Shown here in pieces: positions 17,138 to 29,874 of a stretch of DNA of 64,000 nucleotides. Source of the DNA: the human T2T-CHM13v2.0 reference genome, Homo sapiens. Position numbers and translations under genes: made by a program. Location of the stretch: the NCBI RefSeq assembly GCF_009914755.1, contig NC_060928.1. One strand, given 5' to 3'. Below the pieces are notes generated by a model. It was given only the letters and a program-made list of their open reading frames with translations, did no database searches and was not told the DNA's origin. How positions within the stretch are numbered: position 1 is the stretch's first letter; each line of letters opens with the position of its first letter.

Positions 17138-18242
17138 GGGAGCGTATATAAAGTCACTTAGGTCACGTAATTTCTGCATTTATTTTGCATGTTGACATGA
17201 CAATCAGCTGGTTTCACAAGAGTTGGAAATTATTTGTACGCACGCTTCATGAGTTTAGCACTTTGCAAGCCATTTTCAGTAAATCAACATGGTGTTTAAC
17301 TTTTTCTGTCTTACAGTTGACAAACACTGACAGTGAAGCTCCATGAGTGTAAACTGTTTATAAATTGATAAGCTTGTATTGAATAGGACCAGATAACCAA
17401 TCAGATTTGAAGCAATTTTCAGATGATTCTGAATAAAACTTGGAGTTAATAATGTTTATTTTGGGAATAGAAGTATACTTGATTTTTGTTTATTTTTTGG
17501 TCACCTATTGTGTATGAAAATTGATATTTTAGGGACAATTATTACATAAAGTATTTGTAAATTTTTTAACATTTTTATTTCCTATTACCTTTGCTTCTAC
17601 TTTGTTTATTCTTGTGGGTTTTGTGCATTTTTATTCTTTAATATATTATTAGTTGATTAAAGATATAAGTGGCTATAAACAATTCTATTCCACATAGTAA
17701 ACATATTTTTCTATAGTTCATTGGATTCTATAGAAGAAGTAGGGATAGATAGATAGATTCTATAGAGAATAATCCTTCATAAAGGCTGCTTATGAATACT
17801 TCATAAACTATGCTTTATGAATCATTAAGGAAGCATAGCAAAGACAAATGCATTCCACATACTACATGATATCTAAAAATATTTATCTGGATTATTTTGT
17901 TTTTGCAATATGGTCTTTCTTTTTGGTCTTTGAATAGAATGGCATTGTGAAAATTTCTTGCTCTTTAAGGGTGAAATCAAATGTTTACAGCAGCTTACAA
18001 GACCCCAAATGATCTGGACCTTTTTATCTTTGTAAATTCACCAACTGCTTTCATACTCACTCAATCCTCTCCAGCCATACATACTTCTTTGCTTTCTTCT
18101 AACATGCCAGTCAATATTCCACCTTAAAGCCTTTGCTCTACCTTTGTCTTCCCACCAAGATTGATCTTCCAAGGCCTAGTACTTCATTTGCTCGAGTAAT
18201 GTCTTCTTAATGAAGGCTACGTTAACTACCCTATTTAATATT

Positions 18243-19256
18243 ATAAGAGGCAGCATACCTCCCGAAAGTTCTCGTCTGCTTTTCAAAATTTTAGACAAAT
18301 TTCTTTCTGATTAGAGGCCCTCCTTTTTCTTAGGGTTTTTACTTTATATTACTTGCAATTGAAATTTATTTCTCTTTGTTTTAAGATATAAATCTCCCAT
18401 TCTCCTACTACCCCAAAATGTTTTAAAACCACCAAATGCCTTCCTCAAAGACCTGGGAGCCATCTCTTTGAAATGTAACACAATTCATTTACAAAATGAA
18501 TTTGTAATTCACTGAAAAAATATGGACCCAATGTAAATACCCATCAACCAATGAGTGGATAAAAAAATGTGATATATATACACCATGGAATGCTACTCAG
18601 TCATAAAAATGAATGAATGAAATAATGGCATTTGCAGCAACGTGGATGGAGTAGGAGACCATTACTCTAAGTGAAGTAACTCAGACATGGAAAACCAAAT
18701 ATTGTACGTTCTCATATGTAAGTGGGAGCTAAGCTATAAGGATGCAAAGACATAAGAATAATACAATAGCCTTCGAGGACTCAGAAGGTAGGATGGGAGG
18801 AGGGTGAGGGATAAGAGACTACACAGTGGGTACAGTGTACACTGCTCAGGTAATGAGTGCACCAAGATCTCAGAAATCATCACTAAATAACTTGTAACTA
18901 AAACCTCCTGTTTTCTGAACACTATTGATATGAAAAAAAAATAGTAAAATAAATTGATTAATTTTTAGAAATTGCAAAAAAGTAATGATTAGGAAAGATA
19001 GCAGCCCTATAACCCAGTTTCTGTGGGAAGGTAGGAACCTAATTTCAGTAAGCACCAACTAGCAAACAGATTGCCAAATCACATTGACCCATCTCCCACC
19101 TAACACCTTCTACTAGTTTTCATAACCCAATACTGAAAAACTCTCACACTTACTGTTTCAAACAGAGTTGAGCTCAATCTCTTTTTTCTACTGCAATAGT
19201 CTTGAATTAAGTATTTCTACCCATTTAAATCCATCTGGTACAATTTATCTTTGACA
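18243..19256 (+). mobile_element. MER34/MER39-like solo LTR, interrupted by L1PB
   Basis: ctcaaagacctgggagccatctctttgaaatgtaa then ggaaagatagc..gagttgagctcaatctc..ctgcaatagtcttgaat..tctttgaca. Confidence 0.75.
18482..18945 (+). mobile_element. L1PB 3' end fragment
   Basis: ctaagtgaagtaactcag..gggagctaagctat..gactacac..gggtacagtgtacactgctc..aagatctcagaaatca. Confidence 0.88.
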
Positions 19257-19640
19257 ACACCACAAACTTCCCATCCAGTTTTCCTCTTCTATATTTTGCC
19301 TCTTTCACATGATTTAGAATCTTCTTATATATTGTGTAATTTATTTATTTCTAATATTTATTGTTTACTGCTTGTCTATCCTCTACTAAAATGCAAGATT
19401 TACAAAGATAGCAATATTTAGCTGCTTTTTGTTTTTTCCCCACTGATGTATCTCAAGTGTTAAAAGAGTATCTGGAGGAGAATTAGAATATTTATTGTAG
19501 TTCAACTATTCTTATTGGTTTGAAATTTAGATTTTGAGACACATTTTAGTTTCAATAAAGCTGGCTTTATCTCTTATCTTTCCATGATATTATTGTTTTC
19601 ATTTGATTTCAGAGAATAAAGTTGATAAGAAATATTTTTA

Positions 19641-19870
19641 TATGTTAAGGATGTCTTATTTGAAATAATTGGGACCAGAATTGTTTCAGATTTTGTATTC
19701 TTTCAAATTTTGGAATATTTGCATTTACTTACTGTTTGAGCATCCCAAATCCAAAAGCCTGAAATCTGAATTGCCGCAATGATCATTTCCTTTAAGAATC
19801 ATGTCAGTACTCAGAAAGTTTTAGATTTGAGAACATTTTGGATTTTGAATTTTTGGATTTGGGATGCTTA
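19641..19870 (-). mobile_element. Tigger4a/MER46A-like MITE
   Basis: ttgggaccagaa..gagcatcccaaatcc..catgtcagtactcagaaagtttt..tttgggatgct. Confidence 0.8.
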
Positions 19871-21438
19871 AAATTCAATATATAATTATTGCAAAAGCTG
19901 CTATTGAATTTTTAACTGATTAAATTTAAAAATTAAAACATATTTGAGGAATATTCATTAAACTTACTTCTTATTTATTCATTAAGCAAGTTTGTTACTT
20001 AATCTTTGTAACAGTATTTGTTCTAAATAAATATAAATTTTGTCATTATTTCTTTAAAGTTTCCATAAGATGTGAATAGGACTTAGAGTGCTATTTATTT
20101 CTCCTTTGACTGAATCTATACAACTGAATATTCAAGATAATCAAGAGTTTTTCAAATGTTTTCAGTGTGGTAGCTTTTTATTCCTACTCCATATCCCTCA
20201 TCAATAAAACAATAGTCAGGCCAACAGTGTCCAAGAAATCCCAGTAGCAAGATAATGCAAAGACTATAAAATTCAGATAAGATGTTATCTCCAAAATACA
20301 GCTTCCCTCCAGCCACAGGAATAATTACGCTTTACTTCTGTATAAAAGTCTTTTATTCTCATTAGTGATACACACACAGAATGTTCCAGTCTTTTCAGTG
20401 TTAAAATCTGTTATCAACTGAGGAAATACCTTATTCAAAATTAAATATTATTTGGAGCTACTAAACTAATATAATCAGGGACATGCTTTTGTATACATTG
20501 CATTCTGGGATTCACATCTTTCTAGAGAGAAAACATCAGGTTTTCCATGATGCACCTGATATTTTCCTTCCCAGACACTAATGTAAGAATGATAGACTTC
20601 TGTTTATGAATCTATGTTGCCACATGTTACCTCAAAAATGTTTAAAAGTTTAGTTAAAAGATTGTGAAGCAATACTTTGTTTCAGGGGCTACATGGCCCT
20701 CAATACCTATATATGCATACATATTATATAGGCCATATTGCCCTTGAAACAAAGTATTTATTCTCAATCTTATTCTCTATAATTTTTCAAGACCCAATTG
20801 CAAATACACCTTTTTTTTTTTTTTTTTTTTTTTGTAACCTAGCTTCTCAGTATACCTTGAACATGGCATCCTGTACTGCTCTATACCCCTTTGAAAGCCT
20901 GTCACCTCTGCCTGGTAATACCTGCGACTCCTTAAAGATATTACTAAAATATCAATTTATCTTCTCCTACTCACTGTTAGTCCTGTATCTTTTTTCCAAA
21001 TTTCTCTGAGAATACTGCTTCTACTAATTGTTAAATTTCATTTTAATTATACATGCAGGTTTTCAAGTCAAACTTTTGGGTGTAGGTAATATGCATTATT
21101 TTTAAACTCTCTCTTAAAGCAAAAAATTATATTTCTAGAATCTAAAATTTGTGTCTTGCCCAAAAAAAAGTTTAAAAATTATTTCTTGGATTAAAAAAAT
21201 GAATAAAGTTAATTATATCTGTTCATTTTTTATTTGGCTCATAGTAAGTCATTTAGAGTATATAACATTATAAATTACTGATAAGACATTTCTATAAATG
21301 CAGTACAAGCTTATATTGTAGACACTTGAGTAGTATTGATTAGTACTTAATAGTACTTAAGGAGTATTAAGGAGTATTAAGCCTAAAAAATGTATATACA
21401 TTAATGAGAAGTACCTTATTACTAAAAATGCTAACAAC

Positions 21439-24278
21439 TGTATTACTTCATTCTCACACTGCTAATAAAGGCCTACATGAGACTGGTAATTTATAAAGGA
21501 AAGAGGTTTAATTGACTCACAGTTCAGCATGGCTGGGGAGGCCTCAAGAAACTTACAATCATGGTGGAAGTGGAAGCAAACGTGTTTCTTCATATGGTGG
21601 CAGCAAGGAGAAGAGCAGAGTGAAGCAGGGAAAAGACTATTATAAAAACCATCAGGTCTTGTGAGAACTCCCTCACTATCATGAGAACAGTATGGAGGTA
21701 ACTGCCCCCATGATTAATTACCTCACACTGAGTCTCTCTACAACAAGTGAGAATTATGGGGACTACAGTTCAAGATATAATTTGGGTGGGGACACAGCTA
21801 AACCATATCACTCTGCCTCTGACCCCCTACAAATCTCATGTCCTCACAATTCAAAACACAATCATGCCCTTCCAACAGTCCCTCAAAGTCTTAACTAATT
21901 CCAGCATTAACTCAAAACCCAAAGCCAAAGTATCATCTGAGACAAGGCAAGTTCCTTCCACTTTTGAGCCTGTAAAATCAAAAGCAAGTTATTTACTTCC
22001 TAGATACAGTGTGTGTACAGGCATTAGATAAATACACCTATTCCAAATAGGAGAAATTGACCAAAACAAAGGGTCTACAGGCCCCATGCAAGTCCGAAAT
22101 CCAATAGGGCAGTCATTAAACCTTAAAATTCCAAAATGATCTCCATTGACTCCATGTCTCACATTTAGGTCATGCTCATGTTAGAGGTGGGCTCCCATCA
22201 CCTTGGGCAGCTCCAACCCTGTGGCTTTACAGGGTACAGCCCCCCTCACTGCTACTTTCACTGTTGGTGTTGATTGTCTGAAGCTTTTTCAGGTGCACAG
22301 TGCAAGCTGTCAGCGGATCTACCATTCTGGGGTCTGGAGGATGATGGCCCTCTTCTCACAGCTCTACTAGGCAAAGCCCCAGTGGTGACTCTGCGTGGGG
22401 GCTCCAACCCCTCATTTTCCTTCTGCACTGCCTTATCAGAGGCTCTCCATGAGGGCTTCACCCCTGAAGCACACCTAGATTTCAGAGAATGTATGGACCT
22501 CCAAACATTTCCATACATCCTCTAAAATCTAAGCAGAGGTTCCCAAACCTCCATTCTCATCTTCTGAGCACCTGCAGGACCAACACCACGTGGATGTTGT
22601 CAGAGCTTGGGGCTTGCACCCTCTGAAGCCATGGCCTGAGCTGTACTTTGACCCCTTTTAGCCATGGCTGGAGCATCTGGGACACAGAGCACCAAGTCCC
22701 TAGGCTTATGCTGCAGGGGAGCCCTAGATCAGGCTCAAGAAACCATTTTTTCCTCCTAGGCCTCTGGGTCTGTAATGTAGCAGGTGGGCAGGGAGGGGGG
22801 CAGCTGTGAAAGTCTCTAACATGCCCTGAAGACATTTTCCTCATTGTCCCAGTGATTCACATTTGGATACATGTTACTTATGCAAATTTGTGTGGCTGGC
22901 TTGAATTTCTCCTCAGAAAATTAGTTTTTCTTTGCTACCATGTCTTCAGGCTGCAAATATTTCAGACTATTATACTCTGTCACTTCTTGAATGCTTTGCT
23001 GCTTATAAATTTCTTCTGCCAGATACCCTAAACCATCTCACCCAAGTTCAAAGTTCCACAGATCTTTGGCATGGGCATGGGCATGGGCAAAATGCTGCCG
23101 GTCCCTTTGCTAAAGTATAACAAGAGTCACCTTTGCTCCATTTCCTGACAGGTTACTTATCTCCACCTGAAACCACCTCCACATTTTACCAAAATCAGCA
23201 TTTTGGTCAAAGCCATTCCAAACTTTCCAAACTTTGGAATTTGGACATTCCAAACTTTCCCACATCTTCCTATCTTCTAAACCTTCTATGTCTCTAGGAA
23301 ATTCCAACTTTTCTATATTTTTCTGTTTTCTTCTGAGCCCTCCAAACTGTTCCAACCTCTGCTTGTTACCCAGTTACAAATTTGCTTTCACATTTTTGGG
23401 TATCTTTACAGCAGCACCCCTTTCTCTGTGGTACCAATTTACTGTGTTAGTCCATTCTCACACAGCTAATAAAGACATACTCAAGATGGTATAATTTATC
23501 AAGGAAAGCTGTTTAACTGAGTCACAATTAAAATATGTGAGAGGGAGGCATGGCTGGGGAGGTCTCAGGGAACTTAGGATCATGGCTGAAGGGGAAGCAA
23601 ACACATCCTTCTTTACATGGCAGCAGCAAGGAGAAATACAGAGTGAAGAGCAGGCCTTGGGGGGAAGCCCTTTATAAAACCATCAGATCTCATGAGAACT
23701 CACTCACTATCACAAGAAGACCATGGAGGTAACCGCTCCCATATTTCAATTACATCCCATTGAGTCCCTCTCATAGCACGTGGGGATTGTGGGAACTACA
23801 GTTTAAGATATGATTTGGTGCCCATCAGTGATAAACTGGATAAAAAAAATATGGCGTATATACACCATGGAATACTATGCAACCCTAAAAATGAATGAGT
23901 TCATGTCCTTTGAAGGGACATGGATGAAGCTGGAAACCATAATTTCCAGCAAACTAACACAGGAACAGAAAACCAAACACCACGTGTTCTCACTCATAAA
24001 TGGGAGTTGAACAATGAGAACACATGGACACAGGGAGGGGAACATCACACACCAGGGCCTGTTGAGGGGTAAGGGGAAAGAGGAGGGAGAGCATTAGGAC
24101 AAACGCCTAATGTGTGCAGGGCTTAAAACCTAGATAATGGGTTGATAGGTGTAGCAAACCACCATGGCACGTGTGTACCTATGTAATAATCCTGCACGTT
24201 CTGCACATGTATCCCAGAACTTAAAGTAAAATTTAAAAATATATATGATTTGGGAGGGGGCACAGCCAAACCATATCA
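21439..24278 (-). mobile_element. Full-length THE1 (THE1C/D-like): LTR 21439-21810, internal 21811-23442, LTR 23443-24278 carrying an L1PA insert
   Basis: Two LTRs plus internal region; perfect TSD acaac (21434-21438 and 24279-24283). Confidence 0.95.
23819..24242 (+). mobile_element. L1PA7/8-type 3' end inserted in a THE1 LTR
   Basis: [21 protein letters not shown] remnant; gggcttaaaacctaga..gtatcccagaacttaaagtaaaa; TSD atatgatttgg (23808-23818 and 24243-24253). Confidence 0.92.
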
Positions 24279-27087
24279 ACAACCATCCAAGCCTTCAGCG
24301 AATTGTAATATACTTTTGGTTGCAAGTTTTTCTTCAATTTTGATGACTGCTGATTCACCAGGGTGGTGATTGCTGAAAGTTGAAGTAGCTGTGGTAATTT
24401 CTAAAATAACACAACAGTAGAATTTGCTGCATTAATTGACTCTTCACTTTATGGAATATTTCTCTGAGCATGTGTTGGTATTTGACAATACGTTACCCAT
24501 AGTAGAATATCTTCCAAAACTGGAGTCAGTCCTCTCATACCCTGCCACTTGTTTGATCAATTAAGTTTATGTAATATTTTAAATCTTTTGTTATCACTTC
24601 AGCAACGTTCACGACATCTTCAGTAGGAATAGATTCCATCACAAGAAGTCATTTTCTTTGCTCATACAGAAGAGGCAACTCCTCATCCATTAGTTTTGTC
24701 ATAAAATAGCAGAAAATCAGTTACATATTCAGTCTCCACGTATGACTCCAGTTATCCTGCTATTTCCACCACATCTGCGGTTTTCCTCCTTAGAAGCCTT
24801 GAACCCCACAATACTTTCCATAAGAGTTGAAATTAACTTCTTTCAAATTGCTGTCAATGGTGATATTTTGACCTCCTCCCATTAATCATGGATATCCTTA
24901 ACAGAATCTAGAACGGTGAATCCTTTCCAGAGGTTTTCAATTTACTTTTACCACCAGAGGAATAATTGTCTATGGCAGCTATAGCCCAATAAAATGTATT
25001 TCTTAAATAATACAATTTGGAAATCAATATTATTCCTTGATTTGTGGATTGCAAAACAGGTGTTGTCTTAGCAGGCATGAAAATAACATTATTCTCCTTG
25101 TATATTTCTGTCTACTAAGTGCCCAGGAGCATTTTCAATGAGAAGTAATATTTTGAATGGAATCTTTTTTTACTAAGCAGTAGTTCTCAACAGTGGGCTT
25201 AAACTACTCAGTAAACCATACTGTAAACAGATGTGCTGTCATCCAGGCTTTATTGTTCCATTTATAGAGCACAGGCAGAATCGATTTAGAATAATTCTTA
25301 AGAAGCTTGCAATCCTTAAAACGGGCAAATGAATATTGGCTTCAACTTCAAGTTACCAGTTGCATTAGCTCCTACGAAGAGAGTCAGTCTGTTCTTTGAA
25401 GCTTTGAAGCCAGGCATTGATTTCTCTGTTCTAGTTATGAAAGTCCTAGATGGCATCTACTTTCAATAGAAGGCTGCTTCATGAACTACACTGAAAATTT
25501 TTAGTTTGGTGTAGTCACTTTCATCAACTATTTTAGTAAAATATTCTGAGTAACTTGCTGCAATGTTTTCTGCTTCACCTTGTACTTTTATGTTATGGAG
25601 ATGGCTTCTTTTTTTGAAATTCATGAACCAACCTCTGTTAGCTTCCAACTTCTCTTCTGCAGCTTTCTCATCTCTCAGATTTCATAGAATTGAAGAGAGT
25701 TGGTGCTGGGCTCATGATTAGGCTTTGGCTGAAGAGGATGTTGCATCTTGTTTGATCTTCTATAAAGACAACGAAAAGTTTCTTCATATCAGCCATAAGG
25801 TTGTTTCATTTTCTTTTCATTCATTGTTTACCAGAGCAACAGTTTTAATTTCCTTCAAGAAATTTTTCTTTGCATTCACAATGGGCTAACTGTCCAGCTC
25901 AAGAGAGCTAAGTTTTGGCCTGTCTCGAGTTTTGACATGGCTTTATCACTAAGCTTAATAATTTCTACCTTTTAATTTAAAGTGAGAGGCAGACCTGTGA
26001 CTCTTCTTTTCACTTGAACACTTAGAGGCCATTGTGAGGTTATCAACTCTCCTAATTTCAGTATTGCTGTGTCTCAGGGAGTAGGAAGGCCTGAGGGCAG
26101 AAAGAGAGATTGGGAAATGGCCAGCCAGTTGAGCAGCCAGAAAATGCACATTTACTAAGTTTGCCACTTTATATGAACATAGTTTTTGGCACTACAAAAA
26201 AATCACAATAGCAGCATGAAAGATCACTTATAATAGATCACCAGAGCATATATAATAATAATGAAAAAGTTTGAAATATTGCAAGAATTACCAATACTTG
26301 AAACACAGAAACCAAGTGAACACATGCTGTTGGAAAGTGGTGCCAATAGGCTTCTCGAGGCATGGTTGCCACACATCTTCAATTTAAAAACAAAAACAAA
26401 CAAACAAACAAACAAAAAACCACAATATCAGTGAAGTACAGTAAAGTGAAACACAGATGCCTGTACATAAAGTTATATTTCCAACTAAGCTGTTGTTGTT
26501 ACCCAGCATCAAAAACAAAGGTTAAAAATAATATTAATTTACCATAATCTCATTTTGTTTTTTGAGCATTTTTGGCTCTAAAATGGTTGTTACGCTATTT
26601 TTTAAATTATATCTGCTCTTGAATTGCTAAAAGACTTGAATATGCAAAGGCAAAAAATTCTTGATTAATTAACATTGCTCCTTTTTAGGAGCAATCAGTG
26701 CTTTTCCTTAAGGGAAAGCATCTAATGGACACTAATTATAAATTTTTTCAGTACTTTATATGGAATGTAAGCAACAGAGGCCGTCTGTAAGGATCGTCAC
26801 AAGCTTGACAACATGCTAAGGCTTGCTGACATAGAAACAATCTACAAATATATGGCATAAAAATGTTAAGAGCAATTAATCCTAACATGAGTCATATCTT
26901 ATTATTTTTGGCTACTCATTAATTCATTTTTAAAACATTTATAAGGAAAAAACTACATCATTGTGATAATGGACTCTGAATAGCATTGCAAATAAAATAC
27001 TTATTCCTTTACAAAACTTGGGGCAACTTATACTAAGAAATACCGACTTCTTCATTTAACATCCTATAATTTGCATTTGCTAAATGT

Positions 27088-27322
27088 GACTATAATTTTG
27101 GAGTCAGAAGGCTTGCTTCAAATCTTAGCTCTGTAGTTGATAGTCTATGTAAACTTGAGTATATTACTTAAATTCTGTACCTCAGAGCTCTCATTTATAC
27201 ATTTGGCTGGTAATAGTGTCTATCTCATTGGTAGATTGAACATACTGATATATGTACATGGTTAACTATGTACTAGACTATGAGCAATGTCTGACTCAGA
27301 GTAAGCATTATTCAAGTGTGAA
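27088..27322 (+). mobile_element. MIR
   Basis: ttggagtcaga..ttcaaatcttagctctg..tctgtacctcag..taatagtgtctatctcattgg..agagtaagca. Confidence 0.7.
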
Positions 27323-28106
27323 CAAATATATTTTTCAGTGTTTCTGTGATAATGCTGCATATCAAACACCCCAAAATTCAAATATTTATTTCTTGTTCAC
27401 TGGCCTGTGAATAGCTTAAATATCCTGTAGAATGGGGCAGACATTCTCATATGAAGGGTATGTCAAGGAAAGAGTGAATATGTGATGGGAACGCTACATA
27501 CAATAGTGACTTTTATTGTTGAGAACATACAATTTCTACTGGAAATTTAGCAGTGAAAAAAGCCAAGCTCTGTGTTTAGAAGTGCTTACATTTTGGTGTA
27601 GAGTAGATAAACAACAAGCAATAAATATATATCAGATAAGTGTTATTTACCATGGGAAAAGAATAAAAAATAAGAAAGCATGAATAGAGAATAATTTCAA
27701 CTTGAAGGTTGTAGAGAAAGAAGAAAATATTAAGGAATAAGAAGAAGATATATCAGACAAGAAACAAATTAGAACAATAACAAGGTACACAGGAAATATT
27801 AAAATATATCTAAATTTATAAAACTTAATTAAAATTAATATTAGAGATCTAAGGGTATACTTTATATGTGAAGAAGAATCAAAGAAAAAGAAAGTCAAAC
27901 TTAAATAGATCATCTAGAGTAAAAGGGAAAGGATGACAAGGTTAAATGAGAAAAACAATGATAAAAATGAGGAGAGAATATTTAAACCCCATTTTAAGAC
28001 TTATAGCAACTTTAAGGAAGAAAAAGAATTATTGAAATGAAAGTAATAGTTTATTGTATATGCAAATTGAAAAATAAATTTCTGGCAATAAAATAATAGC
28101 TGTTTA

Positions 28107-28755
28107 TGTCAGAGTAAATGTTTTCTTATTCTAAGCATCAGTGCTCTCTAGCTAAAGATCACCAGGAACACACATAAGTTGGTCGTATTGAGCCAATGCA
28201 ATAAGAGAGAATGCACACCATGGAGAACTGTGGGGCCTTTTAGTAGGAGAATGTTAGGAGATTTGGGGAGGTTTTTAAAAAAATAGTGCTTTGCTTTGGA
28301 TTGGATGCTACCAGAAAGTGATATTAATTCTATGATTAGATAGCCTGATAAATCTTATATGCAAAGTGTTAGCAACGAAGTGTGGGTAATTATGTGAGGA
28401 AAACTACAGTACCAGAATGACCTCTAATTGATGAAGAAGCAGTGGTTATTTATATCAGTCATGAAAAGTAGACATTTGATCATGTATGTGGTTTCTTTGC
28501 ACATGAGCTCGGGCATAATTATGAAGTGGCCTTGTTTTTGTCTTGATTCATCATGATCAAAGACTGGTTTCTCCTGTTATTTGTATTTTGAGAAATGTTT
28601 ATTTTCCATGGAACACAAAGTCTAGCTTTAAGTACTTAGCTATGAATGGAAGGTCAGCTCCTAGCAACAACAGGTCAGTTCCTAGCTGCCAAGGGCTGCA
28701 TTTTAATACATCCATTCCCCCTTTCCTGACCAAAGGCAGATGAGGTCAGATGACA
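28107..28755 (-). mobile_element. ERVL-type LTR (family uncertain) with adjacent polypurine tract and short internal remnant
   Basis: aaagatcaccaggaacac..gagaatgcacaccatggagaactgtgggg; TG start at ~28710 on the minus strand, preceded by a purine-rich tract. Confidence 0.5.
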
Positions 28756-28974
28756 GGATGTTAATCTATGACATGATGGTCTACAACATTGCTAAAATGT
28801 TGCTGATCAGGAGACTATTCAGAAAATGTAACCTGTAGTTGAATTTATGTTAGTTTTTCCTGCTCCTTTTGTGGCAGAGTGAATTGATGAATGTTTTAAA
28901 TTGACAGAAAATATGTAATAGTATTTGTATTCTGGGAAGAGTTTATCAGCCAACTTCAACACGAGTGATGATCG

Positions 28975-29172
28975 GAAACAGCAGTGTTGGCTCCAGGTAA
29001 GGAAATCCTGGTTGTTCCCTTTTTCTGTGTGTGCCTAATCTCTCCAAATAGGGTGACAGTTTGCCATACAACCTCAATTCTTGAATGGGTCCAAGAAAAA
29101 TCATTGATTTTGAGTTTGTCCAACACTTTCTAGTGTCAACTTCCAGGTTCTTTACATTTTGTAGCTGAGATT
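28975..29172 (-). mobile_element. Old L1M (MC/MD/ME-type) 5' end fragment
   Basis: gacagtttgcc..acctcaattct..gggtccaagaaaa..ttgattttgagtttgtcca..acttccaggttctttaca. Confidence 0.6.
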
Positions 29173-29874
29173 TAATGTCCTTTTCACTATTAACATTTAA
29201 GCTTAGGTGTCTCCAAGCTTTTCAAAGGCACAAGGCAATCTTGGAACTATATCAGGAATGCAATGCTTGATTTAATTTTATCGATTTTGCAGAAAAACAA
29301 TTTCAATAAATGGTGGTGACTTAATACAGATGAAAAGTATATGTAATTTGTCCCAAGCACATATTTTTATAATGTAATGATGATCTGCATTAATTTTTTA
29401 TGAACAGCATAATTTCTGTAACTGTATTTCTCATATAAGTACTCCTTTAGTTCTCATTCTCTATAGCATCACATTTTTGTTGTTTTCAGTTTGTTGTTTC
29501 TGTTTTAAATCTCATTGTTTGCTTGTATTTTTTTTCTTAAATATATTTGAATCCTAACAGAACTTTAAAAGTTATAAACATTTGAAAGTTAATTCATATT
29601 TTTGGTCTGAAGGTGGGATTAAGATGGTACTTGAGAATGATGAAATCCCTAATGACAAGATCCCATGTTACTTGATCTAATATAAATTCCACAAAGAATA
29701 AACTAGAATTAGGAAATATTAATTTATTATTTCAGAGATTAATGCATATATCATTTTGTCTCTAAATATGTAGCTCACAAATAAACATCTAATTCAGTAG
29801 AAAATATTAGGAGGCCACTTCTTAGCATGGTCTCTTAAGTGCTGTCAAAAATATTATATGTATACGAATATATG

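Larger units (their letters stand above)
17960..19490 (+). mobile_element. L2 3' region (pieces ~17960-18242 and ~19257-19490), interrupted by MER34
   Basis: tgatctggacc..ctccagccatac..gcctttgc; second piece ttattgtttactgcttgtct..ctaaaatgcaag..cactgatgtatctcaagtg. Confidence 0.65.
21368..26463 (-). mobile_element. Near-full-length Tigger1 (pieces ~21368-21438 and 24279-26463), split by THE1
   Basis: Transposase remnant EANRGWFMNFKKRSHLHNIKVQGEA (25463-25648) and MASKCSSEKKSH; 5' terminus atgcctg followed by TA at 26464. Confidence 0.92.

Noticed and set aside
27645-28060. Strongly A/G-rich stretch
   Set aside because: Low complexity or an unrecognisable decayed LINE; no periodicity seen.
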